Origin: Haloferax volcanii DS2
GTDB lineage: Archaea > Halobacteriota > Halobacteria > Halobacteriales > Haloferacaceae
DNA: 32,000 bases
Assembly (NCBI RefSeq): GCF_000025685.1
Contig: NC_013967.1
Coordinates: 2,580,001-2,612,000 of the forward strand
Direction of reading: 5' to 3'
The notes under the pieces: model-generated
Seen by the model: only the letters and a program-made list of their open reading frames with translations
The model's database searches: none
Told to the model about the DNA's origin: nothing
Made by a program: the position numbers and the translations under genes
Shown: one piece after another, positions 24,485 to 32,000 of the stretch
How the letters are laid out: every line of letters starts with the position of its first letter
How positions within the stretch are numbered: the first letter of the stretch is position 1

Positions 24485-27241
24485 ATGACCCGGCGCGGCC
24501 GCTCGCTTCTCGCGTCGAGAGGCGGCGACTACGAGTTCGACCCCGAGTCGGTGACGGTCGCCGACGAGGACGTACTCGACCTGTTGGAGCCCGCCGTCCA
24601 GGAGTGGTGGGTCGACCGGTTCGGGGAGTTCGTCCCCGGCAACGGCGGCTTTTTCACTCCACCCCAGCGCGGAGCCATCCCGCGCATCCACGACGGCGAC
24701 AACGCCCTCATCTGCGCGCCGACGGGGTCGGGCAAGACGCTCGCCTCCTTCACGGCCATCATCAACGAGCTGTTCCGCCGGGAGCGCGAATCCCCCGACG
24801 GCCTCGACAACTCGGTGTACTGCCTCTACGTCTCGCCGCTGAAGTCGCTCGCCAACGACATCCACCGGAACCTGACCGAGCCGCTGTCGGGCATCGCCGA
24901 CATCGCCGCCGACCGCGGCGGGACCGTGGACATCAGACACGCCATCCGGCACGGCGACACCTCCTCGGCGGACCGCCAGAAGATGCTCTCGGAGACGCCG
25001 CACATCCTCAACACGACGCCCGAGACGCTGGCGATTCTGCTCAACTCACCGAAGTTCAAAGAGAAGCTCCGAACCGTCGAGTACGTCGTCGTCGACGAGA
25101 TTCACAGCCTCGCGGAGAACAAACGCGGCACCCACCTGTCGGTGTCGCTGGAGCGACTGGAGGACCTCGCCACGTCGTCGCCGACGCGCATCGGCTGTTC
25201 GGCCACCGTCGAACCGCTCGACACGGTCGCGGAGTTTCTCGTCGGCCGCGAGGACGGCGAGCCCCGCGACTACGAACTCGTGGACACGCGGTTCGTCCGC
25301 GACTTCGACGTGCGACTGGAGTGTCCGACAGACGACCTGATTCGGACGCCCCGAAGCGAGGTCCAGAGCCGGTTTTACGACCGCCTGCACGACCTCGTCG
25401 CCTCGCACACGAACACGCTCGTGTTCACCAACACGCGGTCGGGCGCGGAGCGCGTCCTCCACAACCTCCGCGAAGGGTTCGACGACATCGACGAGTCGAA
25501 CTCCGGCTGTCACCACGGGAGCCTCTCGAAAGAGCGCAGACAGGAGATAGAATCGAAGCTGAAGGCGGGCGAGTTACGCGTCGTCACCACCTCCACGAGC
25601 CTCGAACTCGGCATCGACATGCCCCACATCGACCTCGTGGTGCAGGTCGGCTCGCCCAAGTCGGTCGCCGCGCTCCTCCAGCGGGTCGGCCGCGCGGGCC
25701 ACCAGCTCGGCCAGACGGTCGAGGGTCGCGTCATCGCTCTCGACAGAGACGAACTCGTCGAGTGCGCGGTGATGCTCTCGAAGGCCGAGTCGGGCTTCGT
25801 CGACCGGGTGTTCATCCCCGAGAACGCCTTCGACGTGGCCGCCCAGCAGGTGTACGGGATGGCAATCAACGCGATTCGCCCCGAGTCGGAACTCCGCGAG
25901 ACGCTCCGGCGGGCCTACCCGTACCGGAACTTCTCGGACGACGACTTCGAGCGCCTGTTCCGCTATCTCACCGCCGACTACGACGGCCTCGAAGACAAGA
26001 ACGTCTACGCGAAAATCTGGCGGGACACCAACGACCCGCCGGACGGCGAACACCACTACGAGGGGTACCCCGTGGGCGAACCCCTCATCGGCAAACGCGG
26101 CCGGATGGCCCGCGTCATCTACATGACCAACATCGGCACGATTCCCGACTCCTTCACCTGCGACGTGCTGGTCCGCGGGGCCGACCAGTGGGTCGGCACG
26201 CTCGACGAGGGCTACCTCGACACGCTGGAGAAAGGCGACGTGTTCGTCCTCGGCGGCGACCACTTCGCCTACCGCTACCGCCGCGGGTCGAAGGTGTACG
26301 TGGACCGCACCTCACAGCGGCCGACGGTCCCCTCGTGGTTCTCCGAGCGCCTGCCGCTTTCGTACGACCTCGGCCGCGAACTCGCGGCGTTTCAGGCCGA
26401 CCTCGTCGACCGACTCGACGCCGGCGGCGCGCCCGCCGTCAGGTCGTGGCTCCGGGAGTTCCCGCTCGACGAGAACAGCGTCCGCGCCGTCACCCGGATG
26501 TTCGACGAGCAGGTCAGATACGCCGGCCCCGAGAGCGTGGCGACGCCCGACAGGCTCGTCGTGGAGACCGAACTCGACCGCGAGGCCTACCGCCGACAGT
26601 TCTACGTCCACTGCACCTACGGCCGGCGGTTCAACGACGGCCTCTCGCGGCTCCTCGCGTACCACGCGGCCCGCCGGACGAACGCGAACGTGCAGGTCGC
26701 CGTCGCCGACAACGGCTTCTCGCTGTCGATGCCGCTCAACCGCAAAGTCGACCTCGTGGGCGTCCTCCGCGACCTCGACCCCGAGGCAGTCGAAGCCGAC
26801 CTCCGGGCCGCCCTCGACGGGACCGACCTCCTGAAGCGCTACTTCCGCATCGACGCGACGCGCTCGCTCATGATTCTCAAGCGCTACAAGGGCTACGAGA
26901 AGTCCGCCGCCCAACAGCAGGTCTCCTCCGAGATGCTGCTGTCGTTCGCGCAGGACCTCGACGAGTTCGCCGTGATGGAGGAGACCTACCGCGAGATTCT
27001 CGAAGACAAACTGAACCTCGCCGCCATCGAGGACGCGATAGCGGCGATTCGGGCGGGCGACGTGGACGTGGTCGGCCAGCAGGTCTCGTCGCCGACGCCG
27101 CGGGCGTTCGGGCTCGCCACGCTGACCGCGAGCGACGTGGTTCTCGCCGAAGACGAGAGCGCGGCGCTCCGGGAGTTCCACGAGCGCGTCAAGGCCGAAA
27201 TCAACGACGGCGAATCCGACCTCGGCATCGACGTGGAGTGA
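24485..27241 (+). CDS. lhr: Lhr-type ATP-dependent SF2 (DExH) helicase
   Basis: 918 aa. Walker A CAPTGSGKTLA, DEIH box (VVVDEIHSL), motif VI QRVGRAGH, and a long C-terminal 'DEAD/H-associated' region typical of Lhr-core proteins. Confidence 0.9.
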   Translation: MTRRGRSLLASRGGDYEFDPESVTVADEDVLDLLEPAVQEWWVDRFGEFVPGNGGFFTPPQRGAIPRIHDGDNALICAPTGSGKTLASFTAIINELFRRERESPDGLDNSVYCLYVSPLKSLANDIHRNLTEPLSGIADIAADRGGTVDIRHAIRHGDTSSADRQKMLSETPHILNTTPETLAILLNSPKFKEKLRTVEYVVVDEIHSLAENKRGTHLSVSLERLEDLATSSPTRIGCSATVEPLDTVAEFLVGREDGEPRDYELVDTRFVRDFDVRLECPTDDLIRTPRSEVQSRFYDRLHDLVASHTNTLVFTNTRSGAERVLHNLREGFDDIDESNSGCHHGSLSKERRQEIESKLKAGELRVVTTSTSLELGIDMPHIDLVVQVGSPKSVAALLQRVGRAGHQLGQTVEGRVIALDRDELVECAVMLSKAESGFVDRVFIPENAFDVAAQQVYGMAINAIRPESELRETLRRAYPYRNFSDDDFERLFRYLTADYDGLEDKNVYAKIWRDTNDPPDGEHHYEGYPVGEPLIGKRGRMARVIYMTNIGTIPDSFTCDVLVRGADQWVGTLDEGYLDTLEKGDVFVLGGDHFAYRYRRGSKVYVDRTSQRPTVPSWFSERLPLSYDLGRELAAFQADLVDRLDAGGAPAVRSWLREFPLDENSVRAVTRMFDEQVRYAGPESVATPDRLVVETELDREAYRRQFYVHCTYGRRFNDGLSRLLAYHAARRTNANVQVAVADNGFSLSMPLNRKVDLVGVLRDLDPEAVEADLRAALDGTDLLKRYFRIDATRSLMILKRYKGYEKSAAQQQVSSEMLLSFAQDLDEFAVMEETYREILEDKLNLAAIEDAIAAIRAGDVDVVGQQVSSPTPRAFGLATLTASDVVLAEDESAALREFHERVKAEINDGESDLGIDVE

Positions 27242-27273
27242 GACGCCCTCCAGTCGGACAGCCGCGGAGACGC

Positions 27274-29928
27274 CTACCGCCGCGCCCACGCGAGCATCCG
27301 GTCGTAGAACGGGTCGGATTCGAGCGCGTCGGCGTCACCGACGAGACACAGCGCCTTCTTCGCCCGCGTCAGCGCGACGTTGATGCGGCGGTGGTCCTCG
27401 AACAGCGGGCCGTCCAACTCGCCGGTGGCGACGAACGAGACGACGATGACCTCCTTCGAGGAGCCCTGGAATCGGTCGACCGTGTCGACGGTGGCGTCGG
27501 TTCGGCGGGAGATTTCCGCGACCTGCGCCCGGAACGGAGCGATGACGCCGATGTCGTCGGCGTCGACGCCGGCGGCCTCGTAGGCGGCGACGACCTCGGC
27601 CACGCGGTCGGCCTCCGTGGGGTTGGTGTTGCCGACGCGCCGGCCGTCCGGGTCGACGAAGGCGACTTGGTCCGCGAGTTCGGCGGGGAGGTCCGCGGTG
27701 TCGACGCCGAGGTCTCGGAGGTGCTGGGCGGCGACCGCGCCCGTCGCCGGGCGGAGCGCGCCGTCGTAGAACTCCCTCGAGGCAAAGGCCTGAATCCGCT
27801 GGGACATGCGGTACTGGCGGTCGAGCATGACCGAGGCGTCGGGGTACGTCTCGATGAGTCGCTGGAACAGCGATGTCTGGAGGTCGTTTTCGGCGCGGAC
27901 GACCGGCGGAAGCTGTTTGTGGTCGCCGACGAGGACGAACCGGTCTGCGAGGTTGACCGCGGCGAGCGTCCCCGGTTCGGTTATCTGCGACGCCTCGTCG
28001 ACGAGCGCCGCGTCGAACGACTGCTCGCGCATCACGCGCGACCCGCAGGAGGCGGTGGTCGCGGCGACGACCGGCGCGTTACGGAGGGCGGCGGCGAGCG
28101 CGTTCGGGTCGCCGCTCCGGGAGAGGCGCACGTCCTGCATGTCCTCTCGGACGCCCGATTCGGTGCCGACGCGGACGATATTCTCGAATCCCTGGTCGCG
28201 CAGGGCTTCGAGCGCGTTGTCGACCGCGCGGTTCGTGAAGGCCGACAGCAGGACGCGGTTGCCGTCCTCGACGAGCGCGCGGATGGTCCGGGCGATGGTG
28301 TGGGTCTTGCCCGTCCCCGGCGGCCCGTGGATGAGCGCGAGGTCGTCGGCGTCGACCGCGAGGCGCACCGCGTCGTCTTGGGCGTCGTTGTTGTCGATGA
28401 ACGTGCGGCCCGCAGAGCGGTCCGAAAAGTCGGGGTCGCGGCGGCCGAACAGCACGTCCTTGCGGTCGGGCGAGCCCTTGAGCACCGCGTCGTGGAGGGC
28501 GGTGAGCAGGCGGTCGACGGTGAGTTCGGACGGGTACACGTCGAGGCGGCGGAGCGGCACGGGTTCGTCGGTCGTGACGACCACCTCGTCGCCGAGTTCG
28601 ACGATGCGCGCGAGTTCGGCGTGCCCCTCGACGGGGTGGCCGTCGCTGGCGAGCGCCACGTCGCCGGCGCGGAGCTTCGACACCGCGTCGTCGGTCTGCT
28701 TCGCCCGGAGTTCCCACGTGCCGTCGGGGCGCTCGGTCTGGCCGATGGGTTCGAGGCCGATGAGCGCCCGGTCGTCGTCGGCGCGCTCCTCGGCGCTCTG
28801 GTCCCAGAGCTTTCGATACTCCTTGTGGACCGACCGGCGCTCCTCTTCGACGGCGCGGTAGAAGCGGTCGAAGTAGTCGCGTTCGTCCTCGGGGACCGGC
28901 TTCCCGACTGCGCCGGCTTTCGACTCCTGGTCGAGCCTGCCGGAGACGACCATGCAGGTGTCTTTCTCGAAGCAGTACTCGCACTTTGAGTTCACCTCGT
29001 AGCCGGTCGGCACCGACACGTCGTGTTCCATCGCCGCGATTTCGTTGCGGGTGCGGACGACGAATTCGAGCAGGCCGCGGCCGATGGAGAAGTCCTTCGC
29101 CGGCGAGAGGTCGCCGGACTCCTCGGTGCGGTCGAGCGTCGTGTTCTTCGTGTAGAGGAGCGTCCCCGTGTCGACCGGGAAGCCCCGCTCTTCGAGGATG
29201 AGCGCGTAGGAGGCGGCCTGAATCTTGTCCTGAAACCGCGGGTCGCGGTTGAGGTTCTTGCCGGTCTTGAGTTCGACGGGCGACCCCCGGCGGAGGGCGT
29301 CGGCGCGGCCTTTGATGCCGAACGTCGGTGAGATGAGGGTGTACTCCGAGCGCCACTCGTCTTCGTCGGTGAGGACGCCCTGCGAGAGCCACCCCTCGAT
29401 GGCGGCGGCGTTGCGGCGCACCTCGTCCGCGACTTCGTCTACCTCGCGGCCGAGCAGGCCGAGTTCGAGGCCGCGCTCGTCGATGCGCTCGTCGATGGAC
29501 GAGTCGAGGTCGCGGCCGCGGAGGAGGTCGCCGAACACGTCGTGGACGATGGTCCCCTTCACCACCGGGTAGTTCAGCGGGATGCCCGAGAGCTTGTTCA
29601 GGTAGTACATCCGCGAGCACTGCACCCACGAGCGGACGTCGGTCACGTCGACGAGGAAGTCGGGTTCGACGACGACGAACGACTCGGAGCCCGTCGAGTA
29701 CGTCGTCTCGCCGCGGTACTCCGACTCCTCGGCGTCGGTGACGAGGATGTCCATGCCCGGCTCGGCGTGTTCGGCGGCGTGGGTCCACTTCCCCCAGAGG
29801 GTGACGGTGACTGGCTCTCCGGTCCCGCGCTCGGGGCGGAGCGTCACCTCCGCCAGCGAGCGCTCGCCGTACTTCGTTTCGACGTCGCGCGGCTCGCCGA
29901 CCTCGACGAGCGGACCGCGAAGGTTCAC
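27274..29928 (-). CDS. OB-fold / Cas4-RecB-like nuclease / SF1B (Upf1/Dna2-like) helicase fusion (Dna2-like nuclease-helicase)
   Basis: Nuclease motifs: GRAD...VELKTGK, QAASYALIL, and a Cys cluster C...C-x2-C-x5-C (WVQCS; CEYCFEKDTC). Helicase motifs: GPPGTGKTHT, VDEASQ, GDHKQLPPV, VDRFQGSSKEVIVVS, NVALTRAK. The start is set at GTG 29928 (about 884 aa) because the upstream 90 codons of the ORF are Arg/Pro-rich and run into the divergent promoter. The start call is uncertain. Confidence 0.85.
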   Translation of the reverse strand: MNLRGPLVEVGEPRDVETKYGERSLAEVTLRPERGTGEPVTVTLWGKWTHAAEHAEPGMDILVTDAEESEYRGETTYSTGSESFVVVEPDFLVDVTDVRSWVQCSRMYYLNKLSGIPLNYPVVKGTIVHDVFGDLLRGRDLDSSIDERIDERGLELGLLGREVDEVADEVRRNAAAIEGWLSQGVLTDEDEWRSEYTLISPTFGIKGRADALRRGSPVELKTGKNLNRDPRFQDKIQAASYALILEERGFPVDTGTLLYTKNTTLDRTEESGDLSPAKDFSIGRGLLEFVVRTRNEIAAMEHDVSVPTGYEVNSKCEYCFEKDTCMVVSGRLDQESKAGAVGKPVPEDERDYFDRFYRAVEEERRSVHKEYRKLWDQSAEERADDDRALIGLEPIGQTERPDGTWELRAKQTDDAVSKLRAGDVALASDGHPVEGHAELARIVELGDEVVVTTDEPVPLRRLDVYPSELTVDRLLTALHDAVLKGSPDRKDVLFGRRDPDFSDRSAGRTFIDNNDAQDDAVRLAVDADDLALIHGPPGTGKTHTIARTIRALVEDGNRVLLSAFTNRAVDNALEALRDQGFENIVRVGTESGVREDMQDVRLSRSGDPNALAAALRNAPVVAATTASCGSRVMREQSFDAALVDEASQITEPGTLAAVNLADRFVLVGDHKQLPPVVRAENDLQTSLFQRLIETYPDASVMLDRQYRMSQRIQAFASREFYDGALRPATGAVAAQHLRDLGVDTADLPAELADQVAFVDPDGRRVGNTNPTEADRVAEVVAAYEAAGVDADDIGVIAPFRAQVAEISRRTDATVDTVDRFQGSSKEVIVVSFVATGELDGPLFEDHRRINVALTRAKKALCLVGDADALESDPFYDRMLAWARR

Positions 29929-30066
29929 GTCGAAACCGTCGGTGAGGCGCGGGCAAATAGCCGTCGGTGGAACCCGGGGACCGGACGTGCGCCCGCGACG
30001 GGGCGGGGCGCACCCGAACCCCCCGCGACCGTCACGCTCTTTCTCTCCCGCGCGGTACGCACATCC

Positions 30067-30644
30067 ATGCGCGTCAGAGATTGGCAGGACATCCTCTCGG
30101 AGGTCGTCGACGCGGGCCGCGACCGCGACCCCGACGCGTGGCGGGCCGTCGCGGGGAATCGCCGCCGGAGCCTCGGCGAGGACCTCTTTCTCGCCCACCC
30201 GACGCCGGCGTCTACCAGCTGAAGACGTACGCGAAGAACCCCTACGAGGTCCGCGGCGTCGGCGCTCGCGTCGCCCGCCGCATCGACGACGACCTCGACC
30301 CGCTGTTCCCGCGTCGGCGCGACGACGGCGACGGCGAGGCCACCCCCGGCCGGTTCGCCGTCCAGAACCCGCCCGAAGACGAGTCGCAGGCCGAGTCGAT
30401 GGCGCGGCGGCTCGAAGAGACCGTGAAGGTCCACGCCGACGCGCCGACCACCGCCGACGACTTCTTCACCGACGTGATGGAGGCGCTCGACAGTCCGGCG
30501 TTCGGCCCGATGGACTACGAGTTCGACGCCCGGCCCGACCGCCTCGACGACCTCTCAGAGGAGTTCACGGACGCCGACGAACTGCTCTCGTCGGACCTCG
30601 ACGACCTCATCGAGTCCGACGGCGTCGACCGCGGCTTCCAGTGA
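30067..30644 (+). pseudogene. Conserved-looking acidic hypothetical protein interrupted by a frame change near 30205-30210 (about 192 aa if repaired)
   Basis: Frame 1 (30067-30222) and frame 0 (from about 30207 to 30644) are each protein-like and GC3-rich only on their own side of the junction. One extra G in CCGGCG fuses them as ...LAHPTPGVYQLKTYAKNPYEVRG.... Confidence 0.55.
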
Positions 30645-30745
30645 GAACCTCGGTTTCAAACCCTCGGCATCCAATACACGGATATGGACGATAGGCTCGG
30701 CGGGCGGTCGCGACACTCCCCGCACGGCGCGACTTCGGAGGGACG

Positions 30746-30973
30746 ATGGTCGGTTCGAGCATGAGCGACGAGGAGACGCGACTCGCCAACAACCGACTCA
30801 AAATCGGCTTCATCCTGCTGGTCGGCGCGTCGGCCGCGCTCGTCGCCGTGCAGGCCGGGGCGACGCTCGTTCAGGCCGCAGTCGCGCTGCTCTGTGGGGT
30901 GGTCATCGGGGGGCTCCTCACGTGGTATCTGCGGCGGTGGAGCCGCGAGTTCACCGCGGTGAACCGCCGGTAG
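30746..30973 (+). CDS. Small two-TM membrane protein (hypothetical)
   Basis: 75 aa. SD-like GGAGG 4 nt upstream of the ATG. Hydrophobic segments IGFILLVGASAALVAV and AAVALLCGVVIGGLLTWYL. Confidence 0.5.
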   Translation: MVGSSMSDEETRLANNRLKIGFILLVGASAALVAVQAGATLVQAAVALLCGVVIGGLLTWYLRRWSREFTAVNRR

Positions 30974-30984
30974 CGACGCCGCCC

Positions 30985-31947
30985 TCAGGGCGACACCCGG
31001 GCGACCCATCGCTCGGGCGCGTCCAGTTCCGCGTCGGTCGGTAAGTTCTCCGGATGGTCCCACACCCGCGACGCGGCGGCGACGCCGCGCTCGTCGGCGA
31101 CGTGCTCGAAGAAGCGAGCGCCGCGTTCGTACTGCCGGCGCTTGAGGCCGAGTCCGAGGAGCCGACGCGCGAGTTTGGCGACCGGGCCGCCGCCCTGCCG
31201 ACGCTCGTCGAGCTTCCGGCGGAGGTCCTCGTAGTCGTCGTCGAACGCCCGGTCCATCAGCAGTTCCGCGTAGCCCTCGACGGCGGTCATCGTCGTGTCG
31301 AGTTCGCGGAAGGCGTCGCGGTCGAGGCCGCCGTCGACGAGGGCGTCGACCCCGCGTTGCATCCGCGATTCGAGATGCGTCGAGAGCCACGGGGCCGCAC
31401 CGAACTCCGCGGCGTGCGACACCTCGTGGAAGGCAATCCAGCGGCGGAACCGCGGGTAGTCCACGTCGAGGCTGTCGGCGACCCGGCGGATGTTCGGGTG
31501 GACGAAGTACAGTCCGTGGTCGTCGTCGCCGTCGGCGAGGAGCAGCGGGTCGTACTGGCCGAGGACGTTGTTGCCGAGAAACGAGAGGACGAAGGCGAAC
31601 GACCCGGTGTTGACGGCGCGCGTGAACCCGGGGAGCACGGTGGGGCCGTGTTCCTCGAACGGGACCATCACCCGGCGGAACGTCGCCACGTTCGCGTCTA
31701 TCCAGTGGTGTCGGTTCTGGACTTCGACGACCTCGGGCACGTCGAACTCCACCTCGGCGACGGCCGCGAGGCGGTCGCGCGCGTCGCGAACGTCTGCCGC
31801 GTAGCCCGCGCGCTCGGCGTCCGTGAGGTCGAGCGAACCGGGGTCGGTCGCGGACTTCGCGGCCTCGGCGACGGCGTCCCAGTCGATGGTTCCGGAGCCG
31901 GTTGCCGAAGCGTCCGCGACCGCTCTGACGCTCCGAAAGAGGTTCAT
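30985..31947 (-). CDS. Zinc-dependent metalloprotease-like protein (DUF2342-type, HExxH)
   Basis: 320 aa. HExxH motif (IAFHEVSHAAEF). Overall resemblance to the DUF2342 family by eye, including the GSGTIDWD N-terminal region and the AVEGYAE motif. Confidence 0.75.
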   Translation of the reverse strand: MNLFRSVRAVADASATGSGTIDWDAVAEAAKSATDPGSLDLTDAERAGYAADVRDARDRLAAVAEVEFDVPEVVEVQNRHHWIDANVATFRRVMVPFEEHGPTVLPGFTRAVNTGSFAFVLSFLGNNVLGQYDPLLLADGDDDHGLYFVHPNIRRVADSLDVDYPRFRRWIAFHEVSHAAEFGAAPWLSTHLESRMQRGVDALVDGGLDRDAFRELDTTMTAVEGYAELLMDRAFDDDYEDLRRKLDERRQGGGPVAKLARRLLGLGLKRRQYERGARFFEHVADERGVAAASRVWDHPENLPTDAELDAPERWVARVSP

Positions 31948-32000
31948 ACCGTATCGTGGTGGGCCGGACGCAAAACGCTTCGGTCGGGGGAGTCTGACCC

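Noticed and set aside
24604-28989. 1461-aa ORF on the + strand spanning lhr (out of frame) and the antisense of the Dna2-like gene. Similar giants occur at 8215-10437 (740 aa), 23129-25003 (624 aa), 13317-15089 (590 aa), 10818-12443 (upstream part) and 1748-3043.
   Set aside because: Their translations are Arg/Gly/Pro/Asp-rich low-complexity strings with no motifs. They run off-frame or antisense to genes with unambiguous family signatures. Long stop-free shadow ORFs are expected in a genome this GC-rich.
27274-29928. Reading the nuclease-helicase fusion, together with the adjacent Lhr, as an anti-phage defence module (Nhi/Hachiman-like).
   Set aside because: The surrounding context is purely housekeeping. 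There are no mobile-element, methylase, TA or other defence neighbours. The domain layout matches replication/repair Dna2-type enzymes. Nothing in the sequence supports a defence role, though a phyletic survey could revisit this.
29929-30198. N-terminal 90-codon extension of the helicase ORF (MGEKEVLAEAPAAIPRDG...).
   Set aside because: It is Arg/Pro-rich and not protein-like. It also overlaps the start of the divergent gene at 30067 and the intergenic promoter elements. The conserved OB-like sequence begins right after the GTG at 29928.

Overview
High-GC (about two-thirds G+C) haloarchaeal chromosomal segment. From memory the gene order resembles Haloferax-type genomes, but I cannot verify that here. 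The window is almost entirely densely packed housekeeping genes. In order: a 5'-partial GNAT gene; tmcA plus a small Cys/His protein; the rpl7ae-rps28e-rpl24e-ndk operon; a two-gene split cobalamin-independent methionine synthase; a DUF655-ksgA-mscS-HemK-like methyltransferase operon; rpl21e-rpoF; a cystathionine gamma-synthase/lyase-family gene; a four-CxxC zinc-finger microprotein followed by aEF-1beta; a TctA/DUF112-like membrane protein; the rpl11 and rpl1-rpl10-rpl12 clusters; an M42 peptidase; mevalonate kinase and isopentenyl phosphate kinase; an MBL-fold hydrolase; two Dpp/Opp-type ABC permeases with no ATPase or binding protein nearby; an Lhr-type helicase convergent with an OB-fold/Cas4-like nuclease/SF1B helicase (Dna2-like); a frame-disrupted conserved-looking gene; a small membrane protein; and a DUF2342-type HExxH metalloprotease. 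Many genes are joined by ATGA/GTGA overlaps or 2-3 nt gaps. Most operons have a BRE/TATA-like element about 27 nt upstream of the start codon, consistent with leaderless mRNAs. I found no CRISPR array, IS or integrase, tRNA/rRNA gene, toxin-antitoxin pair or defence-island signature. I do not see a convincing undescribed multi-gene system; this looks like core genome. Items worth a second look: (1) a conserved-looking gene split across two frames at about 30205-30222; (2) a 13-bp tandem repeat array upstream of mvk; (3) unusually long, structured leaders in front of rpl7ae (C-box/k-turn-like motif) and rpl1 (hairpin abutting the SD); (4) a split MetE whose upstream partner contains no cysteine; (5) a near-identical 25-nt promoter module in front of two translation operons; (6) several short repeats and palindromes in divergent promoter regions. 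All product calls rest on motif and family recognition by eye; no homology search was possible.
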